DNA of 64,000 nucleotides from Candidatus Hydrogenedentota bacterium (lineage in GTDB: Bacteria; Hydrogenedentota; Hydrogenedentia; Hydrogenedentales; JAEUWI01), in assembly GCA_034669905.1 (NCBI GenBank), contig JAXMOL010000021.1, forward strand, positions 32,001-96,000, given 5' to 3'. Positions 42,562-52,223 of this stretch are shown here, piece by piece. The notes below the pieces were generated by a model. That model worked only from the letters and a program-made list of their open reading frames with translations. It was not told the DNA's origin and ran no database searches. Both the position numbers and the translations under genes were made by a program. Within the stretch, counting starts at the first letter, position 1. Each line of letters opens with the position of its first letter.

Positions 42562-42973
42562 GGAGTGTGTGTTCCTCATGCGTTCCGTCGGTGCGGATTC
42601 GGTCAATGTGTTCAGGGATAGCGCTGTTCCGTGAACTGGGAACAGGCCCGCTTCATGGGGAGCGTACGATTCTTATTTTTCAGGATAGGCGGTCTTTTTG
42701 TCAACTAATTTTGGCAAATAGCGGGAAATGAAGGGCCCACAGAACCCGTCAACGTGCGGCCAAAAGGGCGATCAGGCGGTCCTTGTATGCGTGGCGTCAA
42801 TGCTTAAGGGGGGCCATTGCACTCTACAGGGGGCATTGTATATACTTCCTGTTCGCTTAGTTTTTGGGGATTCTTTGAATCATAAATCTTTTTTTGGGAG
42901 GTATTTCCGCCGCGCTATTAATGGCGTAGCGGTTGCATCGCCCTTCGTAACAGCAAGCAGCATGGAGAACGCG

Positions 42974-44233
42974 ATGAGTATGGCCCATCTTTCGTTGGAT
43001 AGCAACAAGTATGAGTTTCCTACGTTTGCTGGATCAGAAAATGAGGTTGCGATAGATTGCAGCACGCTTCGGAACGCAACCGGAGCGATAACCTATGATC
43101 CAGGCTACGGCAACACCGGCTCCTGCAAGAGTGCCATCACCTTTATTGATGGGGAAAAGGGAATACTCCGGTATCGCGGCTATCCCATCGAAGACTTGGC
43201 CGGCAATCTGAAGTTTTCACAAGTCGCTTACCTCCTTATTCATGGTGAACTGCCGAACGCCACCGAGTTTTCCGCCTGGCGCGAAGAGCTGACCCGGAAC
43301 AGCCTGGTTCACGAGAGCCTCCTGAAGTTCTTCGACCACTTTCCTGTTACGGCCCACCCCATGAACATCCTGGCCTCCATGGTCTCTTCCATGTCCTCCT
43401 TCTACCCCTACGATGGGGAAGATGAAGAGCACATCAATCTGAACATCATGCGCCTCATGGGGCAAGTCAAGACCTTGGCCGCTATCTCCTACAAGAAATC
43501 GGTCGGTCAGGCCGTCATTTACCCCCGCTCGGATCTGAGCTACTCGGCCAACTTCCTTCGCATGATGTTCGGAACGCCGACCGAAGACTATGAAGTTTCC
43601 CCGGTCCTCGAACGGGCCTTGGATGCCCTCCTCATTCTCCACGCCGACCACGAGCAGAATTGCAGCACGTCGACGGTGCGCATGGTGGGCAGCAGCCGCG
43701 CCAATCTCTACGCCTCTATTTCCGCCGGAGTCAATGCCCTGTGGGGCCCGCTCCACGGCGGCGCCAACCAGGCAGTGCTGGAAATGCTGGAGATGATCCA
43801 GGCAGATGGGGGTAATTATAAGAAATATGTAGAAAAGGCGAAAGATAAGGACGATCCCTTCCGCCTGATGGGCTTTGGGCATCGGGTGTATAAGAATTTT
43901 GATCCCCGCGCCCGTTTGCTGTGCAAGGCGGCGGATGAGGTACTCAACGAACTGGGCATCTCCGATCCGCTCCTGGATATTGCGAAGAACCTGGAAGAAA
44001 TTGCCCTTAACGATCCCTTCTTTGTGGAGCGCAAACTTTACCCCAACGTGGACTTCTACAGCGGTATCATCTATCGGGCCATGGGAATCCCCACGGAAAT
44101 GTTTACCGTGCTCTTTTCCATCGGTCGGATGCCGGGCTGGATTGCCCATTGGCTCGAAATGCGCAACGACCCCGACGGTCGTATCCACCGCCCCCGGCAG
44201 ATTTATACGGGTCCCACGGAACGACGTCTCTAA
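42974..44233 (+). CDS. gltA: Citrate synthase
   Basis: YDPGY.NT.SC.SAITFIDG, LHADHEQNCST, GPLHGGAN, GFGHRVYK, YPNVDFYSG; GGAGA RBS. Confidence 0.97.
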   Translation: MSMAHLSLDSNKYEFPTFAGSENEVAIDCSTLRNATGAITYDPGYGNTGSCKSAITFIDGEKGILRYRGYPIEDLAGNLKFSQVAYLLIHGELPNATEFSAWREELTRNSLVHESLLKFFDHFPVTAHPMNILASMVSSMSSFYPYDGEDEEHINLNIMRLMGQVKTLAAISYKKSVGQAVIYPRSDLSYSANFLRMMFGTPTEDYEVSPVLERALDALLILHADHEQNCSTSTVRMVGSSRANLYASISAGVNALWGPLHGGANQAVLEMLEMIQADGGNYKKYVEKAKDKDDPFRLMGFGHRVYKNFDPRARLLCKAADEVLNELGISDPLLDIAKNLEEIALNDPFFVERKLYPNVDFYSGIIYRAMGIPTEMFTVLFSIGRMPGWIAHWLEMRNDPDGRIHRPRQIYTGPTERRL

Positions 44234-44252
44234 TATCCTTTACTGTTTTTGT

Positions 44253-44285
44253 CGCCCCTGCTCGCCTTCGAGTGGGGGCGTTTTT
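44253..44285 (+). terminator. Intrinsic terminator of gltA
   Basis: CGCCCC..CTCG/CGAG..GGGGCG hairpin plus TTTTT. Confidence 0.65.
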
Positions 44286-44431
44286 GCAGGGGGCATGGGG
44301 CGAATAAAAAGGTCGCTTTGCGGGTAGGTCCCTTACGGCCGGTGCGTTGAACCCGTTGGAGCTACCGGGTATCATCGTTGTTGGAACACGTCGCGTGATG
44401 TGAAGTCGTTTGGGATAAGGGAAACAGGTCC

Positions 44432-45073
44432 ATGGAAGCGCTAACCCTCTTGGGCACGGTATTTGGCCTCGGCTTTGTGTCGGGACTCAACCTCTACGCT
44501 ACGGTGATTAGTGTGGGGCTTATCGTCCGTTTGAATCTGGCGACGCTGCCGGAATCCATGGCAGGGCTTGAGGTGATGGGCCATCCCACGGTCATGATCG
44601 TCGCAGGGATACTTTTCGGGGTAGAATTTTTCGCTGATAAGATCCCCTGGGTGGACTCGACATGGGATAGCATCCACACGGTGATTCGACCGGTGGGTGC
44701 TGCGGTTGTCGGGGGATACGCGTTGACCGGGGGCGACCCCGCGATTGAGACGGCCCTGGCACTTGCCTGCGGTGGTGTGGCCCTGACGAGTCATACGACG
44801 AAGGCCAGCACCCGTGTGATGGTGAACGCCAGCCCGGAACCGGTCTCCAACGGATTCCTCAGTCTCTTTGAAGATGTCGTGGTGGTTGTGGGTGTGGGGT
44901 TAACCTTTCTTGCCCCCATGGTTGCACTGGCGTTGGTTGTCATCTTTCTTCTCTTTTTCCTGTGGCTGGCCCCAAAGTTCTATCGCATTCTCAAAGGAAC
45001 TGCGGGCTATATCGGTCGCTTTCTGCGTCGGCGGGATCCGGTGCGCCCGCCAGAACAGGACCCGAGTTCCTGA
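44432..45073 (+). CDS. DUF4126 membrane protein
   Basis: SGLNLYA, EFFADKIPWVDS.WD.IHT.IRP, SPEP.SN..LS..ED. Confidence 0.88.
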   Translation: MEALTLLGTVFGLGFVSGLNLYATVISVGLIVRLNLATLPESMAGLEVMGHPTVMIVAGILFGVEFFADKIPWVDSTWDSIHTVIRPVGAAVVGGYALTGGDPAIETALALACGGVALTSHTTKASTRVMVNASPEPVSNGFLSLFEDVVVVVGVGLTFLAPMVALALVVIFLLFFLWLAPKFYRILKGTAGYIGRFLRRRDPVRPPEQDPSS

Positions 45074-45203
45074 GCCACACCCATCTAATCACGCTCGAAT
45101 CTTCCCCTCATGGTTGCCACATGGTTTAGGGCTATCCTGCGCTACGGTGTTTGTTTCAACCGTAGGCCACGGGGCAAGAGCCTCCAAGGGATAGGGCGAC
45201 TCG

Positions 45204-46400
45204 ATGATTGGAAACGCGTTAAGCCAGTTTGGTTTTAAGATGGTCCATAGCCGGAACCTGGTATACAACACGTGCTGGGAAGATCCCCGCATTGACCGCC
45301 AGGCCCTCGAACTCCGCGCTGATGACTCGGTATTGGTTATTACGTCGGCGGGCTGCAATGCCCTGGACTATGCCCTGGCCGGCGCGGGACGTGTGCACAC
45401 GGTCGATATGAACCACCGTCAAAATGCCCTGTTGGAATTCAAACTCGCGGGTATCAACGCACTCACCTATGAAGACTTCTTCGCCCTCTTCGGGCGCGGA
45501 CGGTTGGCGGGCTTCGAACGGATCTATCGCCGGACGCTTCGGCCGCTACTCAGCGCGACCGCCCAGGGGTATTGGGATCGTAACTGGGTATTCTTCGACC
45601 CGGAGCACTCCACCCGGAGCTTTTACTTTCGGGGAACGTCGGGTTCCTTTGCCTGGCTAATCAACCGCTATCTGGATCACAAGCCGGTGTTACGGGAAGG
45701 TATCGACGCTCTGCTGGCCTCCACGTGTGTGGAAGAGCAAAAGGCGCTCTACTTCAACGAGATTCGGGAGGTCTTCTGGAACCGCTATGTGCGCTGGTTC
45801 ATCGGGCGGGACATGACCCTCAGTATGCTCGGTGTGCCGCGGCGACAGCGGGAGACCGTGGAGCAGTGTCATGAAGGGGGCATCGCGGGCTTTGTGGAAG
45901 GGTGTCTGGACGCGGTATTCGGCCAACTGCCGCTGCAGGATAATTATTTCTGGCGGGTCTACCTGACGGGTACCTACACGCCGACCTGTTGTCCTGCCTA
46001 TTTGACCGCCGATGGATTCCAAGCCCTGAAGAACGGTGCCTCGGAAGTGGTTTCGGTCAATACGGGCACGGTGCGCCATTTCCTGGAAGGCTATGACGGA
46101 ACCATTTCCCGGTTTGTGCTCCTCGATCATATGGACTGGCTCTGGCAGGATCCCAACCGGGAGCTTACCAGGGCGTGGCAGGCCATTGTGGATAAGGCGA
46201 CCGATGATGCCCGAATCATCTGGCGTAGTGGCGGCACCAACACGGCGTTTGTGAACGCGCTGGAAGTAAAACGGCATGGGAAAACCTGCCGGGTGGAAGA
46301 CCTGCTCCGTTTCGACAACGAGAAAGCAGAAGCCTTACACCGGGAGGATCGCGTGCACACCTATGGCAGTTTCTACATTGCTTCCATGGCCACCGGCTGA
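45204..46400 (+). CDS. btaA: SAM:diacylglycerol 3-amino-3-carboxypropyl transferase (DUF3419)
   Basis: YNTCWEDPRID, ITSAGCNAL, VDMN..QNALLEFK, DNYFW, LDHMDW, DRVHTYGSF. Confidence 0.85.
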   Translation: MIGNALSQFGFKMVHSRNLVYNTCWEDPRIDRQALELRADDSVLVITSAGCNALDYALAGAGRVHTVDMNHRQNALLEFKLAGINALTYEDFFALFGRGRLAGFERIYRRTLRPLLSATAQGYWDRNWVFFDPEHSTRSFYFRGTSGSFAWLINRYLDHKPVLREGIDALLASTCVEEQKALYFNEIREVFWNRYVRWFIGRDMTLSMLGVPRRQRETVEQCHEGGIAGFVEGCLDAVFGQLPLQDNYFWRVYLTGTYTPTCCPAYLTADGFQALKNGASEVVSVNTGTVRHFLEGYDGTISRFVLLDHMDWLWQDPNRELTRAWQAIVDKATDDARIIWRSGGTNTAFVNALEVKRHGKTCRVEDLLRFDNEKAEALHREDRVHTYGSFYIASMATG

Positions 46401-46411
46401 GCGGGACTACC

Positions 46412-47137
46412 ATGCGCGAACTGATGACGCTCTACCACATGCTGCTTGGTTCCGTGCGGGGTGACTCGCACGCAGAGCGATTGGAGGCATTCTACGGGCC
46501 GCAGGCGTCACACTATGATAGCTTTCGCAAACGGCTGCTGCATGGGAGGGAGTCCATGTTTGAAGCCCTTCCCGTGACACCGGCACAGACGTGGGTTGAC
46601 CTCGGCGCAGGAACGGGAGCATCGCTGGATTTCATGGGCGATCGCACACAGAGCTTTGCCAGTATCCAGTTGGTCGACTTGTCTGCAAGCCTGCTGGCTG
46701 TGGCCGAGGAGCGGATTGCGCACCGTGGCCTGAAACAGGTGAGCCTTCACGAGGAAGACGCCACAACCTTCGTGCCAGAAGGGGGGAAAGTGGATCTGGT
46801 TACCTTCAGCTATTCGCTGACCATGATTCCCGACTGGTTTGCGGCACTGGAGAACGCCCGTCGCATGTTGAAGCCCGGTGGGCATATTGGCATCGTGGAT
46901 TTTTATGTTGCACGCAAACATGCGGTGGACCCCGCGCGACATCACGGTTCATTCACCAGGCATTTCTGGCCATTCTGGTTTGCCAATGACAACGTCTTCT
47001 TGAGTCCGGACCATCTGCCCTGGTTGACTCATCATTTCCAGGAAGTCGCTCGGAGGGAATCCTGCGGGAGCCTTCCCTACCTGCCCATCACGCGCGTACC
47101 CTACTATTATTTTATCGGTACACCCCGCCCGTCGTGA
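46412..47137 (+). CDS. btaB: BtaB-like SAM methyltransferase (betaine lipid N-methylation)
   Basis: LEAFYGPQA..YD..RKRLLHGRE, DLGAGTG, FSYSLTMIPDW, VDFY; directly after btaA. Confidence 0.8.
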   Translation: MRELMTLYHMLLGSVRGDSHAERLEAFYGPQASHYDSFRKRLLHGRESMFEALPVTPAQTWVDLGAGTGASLDFMGDRTQSFASIQLVDLSASLLAVAEERIAHRGLKQVSLHEEDATTFVPEGGKVDLVTFSYSLTMIPDWFAALENARRMLKPGGHIGIVDFYVARKHAVDPARHHGSFTRHFWPFWFANDNVFLSPDHLPWLTHHFQEVARRESCGSLPYLPITRVPYYYFIGTPRPS

Positions 47138-47159
47138 GAGTACCAGCGAATCGGACGGG

Positions 47160-47708
47160 CTACGAATCCGAGCCTTCACGGGCGCCTGAGGACCGCGCTT
47201 GCTCGGTCTCGGACACGGCCTTGTGTAGACGTCGCTTGACGAACTTCACAAACCAACGAACCACCGGTACGCGCTCGTAGACATAGTCGCCCATGTCGAA
47301 GTAGTCCCGGTGTGAAACGACCTTGTCACCCTCACCGAATACGATGCGGGAGGTGCCGTCCACGGAAAAGGGACGTCCCTTGTTCAGGCCCTTGGTCTGG
47401 AGGGTCATGGTCCAATAGAGGGCATGGGTGTCGCCGTCGATGACTTCGTCCGTGTATTTCCAGTGAATCTCTTCGACGTACTGGTACATGGCCTCCATGT
47501 AGACCTTGAATTTATCAAGGCCGCGCATTTTTCCCAGGGGATCTTCGAAGACCATATCCTCGGCGTAGAGGTCGTCCAGCAAGTGCAGGGTGTCTACACG
47601 GACTTCGGTGAAGGTATATCGAATGCGTTCTGAGCGGGTCATAGTACTATCCCCATTGGCGGTCTCCATGGTGCCCAGGACAACAAGGCTGAGTGCGAGG
47701 GCGGTCAT
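47160..47708 (-). CDS. NTF2/SnoaL-like protein
   Basis: LYAEDMVFEDP, WTM, HRDYFD...VYERVP; ATGA coupling with the upstream gene. Confidence 0.82.
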   Translation of the reverse strand: MTALALSLVVLGTMETANGDSTMTRSERIRYTFTEVRVDTLHLLDDLYAEDMVFEDPLGKMRGLDKFKVYMEAMYQYVEEIHWKYTDEVIDGDTHALYWTMTLQTKGLNKGRPFSVDGTSRIVFGEGDKVVSHRDYFDMGDYVYERVPVVRWFVKFVKRRLHKAVSETEQARSSGAREGSDS

Positions 47709-48757
47709 GACAATGCCGCCACGACGGGGTGTTTTCTCCGTGGTGTCGCGGTGGGTGTGGGAGAGAGCAAGTAATGTCCCACGTGCCATTCGGTACCCTT
47801 GTTGTAGGCGAAGAGTTCCTCGCAGGCCATAAAAAACATACGCCAGCGCTGGAGTTGGACCTCGGGCGGGGCGGGATTTGTGCCATCGCTGAGCAGGGGT
47901 AAGAGCATTTCCCGATTGGCATCAAGACGGGCAAGCCAATCGCGACAGGTACGGGCATAGTGGGTGCCATTGACAACCCAGGACTCGGTTTCTGAGAAGG
48001 GTGCCGACAGCGTGTTGAAATAGTGGTGGGAAGGCATCATCCCGCCACTGAAGAAATGGCGGGCCATCCAATCGCTGTCGCCGCGATCTTCGTAGTCGTA
48101 GGTGTAGGCCCGATGGCAGAATACGTGTATAAACAATTTGCCTTCAGGCTTCAGCCACTGGTGGACGCGCTCTAAGAGGGCGACATGGTTGCGCACGTGC
48201 TCGAACATCTCCACGGAGACCACCCGGTCGAATTTCTGCTCCGGCCGGAATTGGTTGATGTCCGCGGTTTTTACCACGACGTTTGTCAGACCACGTTCGG
48301 CGGCCAGCTTTTCGATGGTCGCCCGCTGGGCATGGGAATTTGAAACGGCGGTGATGGAACTCTGTGGATAATGCTCGGCCATCCAGAGGGTTAGGGAGCC
48401 CCAGCCACATCCCAGTTCGAGGATGTCCATGCCATCCTGCAGGCCAGCGCGGCTGCAGGTTCGGGTTAACATGGCCACCTCGGCTTCTGCGATGGTGGAT
48501 TCCGAATGGTCATACCAGCAACAGCTATACTTTCGATGGGGACCGAGTACCGTCTCGAAAAAAGCGGGACTCACCTCATAGTGCTGTTCATTGGCGGCCC
48601 GTGTTTCCACGGCAATGGGCGTCAAATCGCTGGTGGCGCGCACGGCGTCGGACCCGGCAATTTCTTTCAGGCGTTGGGCGAGCAATCGGCGGATACCCGT
48701 TCGGACGAGGGTGTCGGGAAGCCATTGTGTTTCGGCAAGATCAATTAAGAGTCCCAT
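47705..48757 (-). CDS. Cfa/CNMT-like SAM methyltransferase
   Basis: ANEQHYE, KYSCC, LELGCGWGS, VSVEMFEH, WMARHFFSGG. Confidence 0.88.
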   Translation of the reverse strand: MGLLIDLAETQWLPDTLVRTGIRRLLAQRLKEIAGSDAVRATSDLTPIAVETRAANEQHYEVSPAFFETVLGPHRKYSCCWYDHSESTIAEAEVAMLTRTCSRAGLQDGMDILELGCGWGSLTLWMAEHYPQSSITAVSNSHAQRATIEKLAAERGLTNVVVKTADINQFRPEQKFDRVVSVEMFEHVRNHVALLERVHQWLKPEGKLFIHVFCHRAYTYDYEDRGDSDWMARHFFSGGMMPSHHYFNTLSAPFSETESWVVNGTHYARTCRDWLARLDANREMLLPLLSDGTNPAPPEVQLQRWRMFFMACEELFAYNKGTEWHVGHYLLSPTPTATPRRKHPVVAALS

Positions 48758-48780
48758 CGTTCAATTCTCCAGTTGTTTGC

Positions 48781-50043
48781 TTAGAGGCGGGCGCGAAAGC
48801 CGGGGCGGGCGTAGACGAGCTGCGATACGCCGGTGAGGTGTTCTTCGAATCCGGCCTGGCAATAGCACAGGTAGAAATTCCACATGCGCCGGAAGGACTC
48901 GGAGTAGCCGAGGCCAGCGATGTGGTGTTCGTTTTCCAGGAAACGTTCCCGCCATATGGCCAGGGTCTTGGCATAGTGCGGGGTCATATCGTCAACCCGG
49001 GTCAGTGAGAAATCACTGTGTCGGGTGGCCACGTGACAGAGGGTGGTGAGGGATGGCAGGCAGCCGCCGGGAAAAATGTAGCGCTTAATAAAGTCTACAT
49101 TTCTCCGGGCGAAGTGGTAGTGCTGGTCCCGGATAGTGATGGCCTGTAATCCGAGGAGTCCGTCTTCCTGGAGCAGGTGCATGCATTGCTTGAAGAAGGT
49201 GGGGTAAAACTGATGTCCCACGGCTTCGATCATCTCGATAGACGCGATTTTGGAGAAGGTCCCTTCAATGTCCCGGTAGTCACAGAATTTGGCTGTGACC
49301 CGATCTTCCAGGCCCTCATCACGAATGCGTTGGCGGGTGATCGCGAGCTGCTCGCGGCTGATGGTCACTGTGGTCACACGGCAGCCATATTTCTTCGCCG
49401 CGTGACAGGCGAAGCCTCCCCAGCCACTCCCGATCTCCAGCAAGTGGTCGTCGGCATGGAGCTGCAGTTTTCGACAGAGTCGGTCAAACTTGTTGATGCT
49501 CGCCTGGGCCAACGAGTCATTGTCCCGTTCAAAATAGCCGCTGGAGTAGGCCATAGTGTCGTCGAGGAAGGTCTTAAAGAAATCGTTCCCGAGATCATAA
49601 TGGGCCGCAATGTTTTTTCGACTGCCATCCCGACTGTTCTTATTCAGTGCATGGTAGCAGTGGAGGAGCGGCGCCTTCAGGGCACTCATGCGCTTCTCCA
49701 TGGCGCTCAGGGTTGCTCCATTGTGCGCCAGAATCCGGCAGAGCCCGGCCAGATCGTCCGTTGCCCAGTCGCCATCCATGTAGGATTCGGCCGCTCCAAT
49801 AACGCCGCCCATGGCAATACGGGAGTAGAAGCGGGGGTGAAACACCCGTACGGTGGCACTCACGGGGAAGTCATCGTGATAGGCCCCGAAAAGGTGCTTT
49901 TGGTGCCCATCGCGTAGCGTGAGGGCACCTTGCTTCAGTTTCGACAAACGTTTCAGGACGATGGTCCGGCAGAGGTTGTCGAGCTTTCCTGCTTTTTGGA
50001 CGGTGCTTTGCAATAGGGTGGTATCAAAGGCAGAGTATTTCAT
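48781..50043 (-). CDS. Cyclopropane-fatty-acyl-phospholipid synthase / UfaM-like fatty acid methylase
   Basis: NIAAHYDLGNDFF, LEIGSGWG, SIEMIEAVG, FIKRYIFPGG, WNFYLCYC. Confidence 0.92.
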   Translation of the reverse strand: MKYSAFDTTLLQSTVQKAGKLDNLCRTIVLKRLSKLKQGALTLRDGHQKHLFGAYHDDFPVSATVRVFHPRFYSRIAMGGVIGAAESYMDGDWATDDLAGLCRILAHNGATLSAMEKRMSALKAPLLHCYHALNKNSRDGSRKNIAAHYDLGNDFFKTFLDDTMAYSSGYFERDNDSLAQASINKFDRLCRKLQLHADDHLLEIGSGWGGFACHAAKKYGCRVTTVTISREQLAITRQRIRDEGLEDRVTAKFCDYRDIEGTFSKIASIEMIEAVGHQFYPTFFKQCMHLLQEDGLLGLQAITIRDQHYHFARRNVDFIKRYIFPGGCLPSLTTLCHVATRHSDFSLTRVDDMTPHYAKTLAIWRERFLENEHHIAGLGYSESFRRMWNFYLCYCQAGFEEHLTGVSQLVYARPGFRARL

Positions 50044-50813
50044 GGGGCGTTATGCTCCTCCCACAGATCGTGCTTTTTGGGGTGTGGTTGAAAGGAATTC
50101 CCCTTCCACCAGAGGCGGAAGGCTTCGTAGTAGATGGCCAGAAAAATCATCATGGTCATGAAGGGGTATTGGATGAGGATGGCGGCAAGATTGCGGGTGC
50201 ACCAGGCGCGCCGGGTCATTACCATGCCGGCACCGAAAACCACGGTGCCCTTTTGTTCATTCTCAAGATGGACGGCGAGTTCCTGGCCGGGCTCGTTGAG
50301 GCGACAGCGATAGAGGTGATCCATTTCCATGAAGGGCGACACATGAAAGGCCTTGGCGCAGCGGTAGGGGCTTTCCGGATCGCGGCATACGTCGCCGGGC
50401 CACAGGTAGACATGGCGTTCATTCCATGGGGTGTTGTGCACTTCGGCAAGGACATGTTCGACCTGGGTATCTTCCGCGTCGTAGCAGTAGTAGAGGGAGA
50501 TGGGGTTGATGTAAAAGCCGAAGTAGCGGAGCTGGGTCAATAATCGGATGGGGCCCGTCGGACGTGCGCCGGTAGCCGCTTCGATGGTATCCCGCACCGT
50601 CTCTGCAAGGACTTGGTCCTTTGGGCCATAGTGGTCTGAGCGTCGAAACCACGCCAGCGTGGGGAAGCGATGGGACCAGGCCACCCTTCCGGAGAAGGCC
50701 TCGTCCAAGTGATCCAGGTCGAGCCAGGTCATGAAGAGCCGATAGCGAAAGGCGTGGGGGCGCGGGCCATAGCGCGCGTGCCACACGGTGCCGGTGTAGA
50801 GCGCGGATTTCAT
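50040..50813 (-). CDS. DUF1365 protein (UfaO-like)
   Basis: SALY.G.V.H.R..P..H.F.Y, NPISLYYC, EVHNTPW.ERH, KAFHVSPFM. Confidence 0.92.
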   Translation of the reverse strand: MKSALYTGTVWHARYGPRPHAFRYRLFMTWLDLDHLDEAFSGRVAWSHRFPTLAWFRRSDHYGPKDQVLAETVRDTIEAATGARPTGPIRLLTQLRYFGFYINPISLYYCYDAEDTQVEHVLAEVHNTPWNERHVYLWPGDVCRDPESPYRCAKAFHVSPFMEMDHLYRCRLNEPGQELAVHLENEQKGTVVFGAGMVMTRRAWCTRNLAAILIQYPFMTMMIFLAIYYEAFRLWWKGNSFQPHPKKHDLWEEHNAP

Positions 50814-52060
50814 ACGAGTACCCCCGCGTCAAACCAGGCACAGGCGTCGAGGGCACTCTTCACGCCGTCTTCATGGAACCCGTAGCCCCAATAGGCCCCG
50901 CAGTAATGGGTGCGATTCACCCCACTGATTTCGTGGTGGCGTGCCTGCGCGGCCACCGATGCGGCGCTGAAGGCGGGGTGGCTGTAGTTAAAGTGGTCGA
51001 TTTGGTGTTCCGGGGCGATGTGCCCATCCTGATTCAAGGAAACGAGAAAGTCACAGGGGGCGTCCAACGACTGGAGACGATTCATGTGGTAGGTCAGGTA
51101 GGCCTGGCTCTTGGTCTTCGGATCCATCCGGTAGTTCCAACTGGCCCACGCCCGTCGGTTACGTGGAAGAATGGACGTGTCCGTGTGGAGGGCCACGTCA
51201 TTGGCCTGGTAGGGAATGGCGCCCAGAATTTCGCGCTCCCCATCACTTGGGTCTGCCAGCATGCGGAGGGCCTGATTGCTGTGTACCGCCAGGACCACCT
51301 GGTCAAACTTCATCAGCTCCTCGTTGGGCAACTTGATGGTGACGTGGTCGGGGTGACGAATGATCTGATGCACCGGGGAACGGGTGTGAATGCGATCCGA
51401 GAACCCCCGTATGAGGGGGGCGATGTAGTTGCGGGAACCACCCGTGATGACCCGCCACTGGGGCCGGTTCTTCAGATTCATCAGTCCGTGGTTTTCGAAG
51501 AAGTGAAGAAAGTAACGGGCGGGCAGTTCGCCCACGGTTCCACAACCAGCGGACCAGATGGCGGAAATCATGGGGATGAGGTAGCGTTCCAGGAAAACCG
51601 TAGAGTATCGGCCACGCTCGAAGAATACGGAAAGGGGCACTTCATCGTGGCAGTCCTGCAGAAAGGCCGGCCCGTCCTTGCTGAAACGTACGATATCCCA
51701 GAGCATCTGGTAGAAGCGGGGATTGAAGGCGTTGCGCTTGTGGGCGAAGAGGCCGTCCAGTCGGGGGGCGGCGTAGGCAAAGCCCGATGCCGGGTCGGAC
51801 AGCGCAAAAGACATGTCGCTCGCTTGGGTGGCCACGTCGAGCCGGGAAAGGAGTTGGACAAAGTGGGGATAGGTCCAGTCGTTGTAGACGATAAAGCCCG
51901 TGTCTACGGCGAAGCGTTGCCCTCCCCGATGCACATCCACCGTGTGGGTGTGGCCGCCGATATAATCATTGGCTTCAAAGACCGTCACCTCGGCCTTATC
52001 CTGTAGCTGATAGGCCGCTACCAAGCCCGAAATGCCACCACCGATAACCGCAACCCGCAT
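50810..52060 (-). CDS. FAD-dependent amine-oxidase-type oxidoreductase (UfaD-like)
   Basis: AVIGGGISGL, GGHTHT, VDTGFIVYN, WASWNY, GYGFHEDG; AAGGAAGG RBS. Confidence 0.92.
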   Translation of the reverse strand: MRVAVIGGGISGLVAAYQLQDKAEVTVFEANDYIGGHTHTVDVHRGGQRFAVDTGFIVYNDWTYPHFVQLLSRLDVATQASDMSFALSDPASGFAYAAPRLDGLFAHKRNAFNPRFYQMLWDIVRFSKDGPAFLQDCHDEVPLSVFFERGRYSTVFLERYLIPMISAIWSAGCGTVGELPARYFLHFFENHGLMNLKNRPQWRVITGGSRNYIAPLIRGFSDRIHTRSPVHQIIRHPDHVTIKLPNEELMKFDQVVLAVHSNQALRMLADPSDGEREILGAIPYQANDVALHTDTSILPRNRRAWASWNYRMDPKTKSQAYLTYHMNRLQSLDAPCDFLVSLNQDGHIAPEHQIDHFNYSHPAFSAASVAAQARHHEISGVNRTHYCGAYWGYGFHEDGVKSALDACAWFDAGVLV

Positions 52061-52096
52061 CTGAACCTTCCTTTCTTGCACCCAAGGTACACCTAA

Positions 52097-52125
52097 AGCG
52101 TATCATTGTGTCTAGGTTTTGTCAA
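52097..52125 (-). promoter_or_regulatory. Sigma70 promoter overlapped by 11-bp-spaced TnGACA direct repeats (CarH/LitR-like operator)
   Basis: Minus strand TTGACA-AAACC-TAGACA-CAATGA-TACGCT, 17-bp spacing between -35 and -10. Confidence 0.6.
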
Positions 52126-52133
52126 ATAGAAAA

Positions 52134-52162
52134 TGGACACGAGGTCGGCGGTGAGGTATACT
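52134..52162 (+). promoter_or_regulatory. Divergent sigma70 promoter for the CIA30 gene
   Basis: TGGACA-17 bp-TATACT. Confidence 0.55.
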
Positions 52163-52223
52163 CATAGAGGGGTGGACGATGCGCGCGGTGATGGGCAGGT
52201 CTGTCACCCAACCAAAAGGAACA

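Noticed and set aside
51345..51356. 12-bp match to the tRNA-Pro 3' end (possible att site)
   Set aside because: Lies inside an intact gene on the 5' side of the tRNA, with no integrase; chance match
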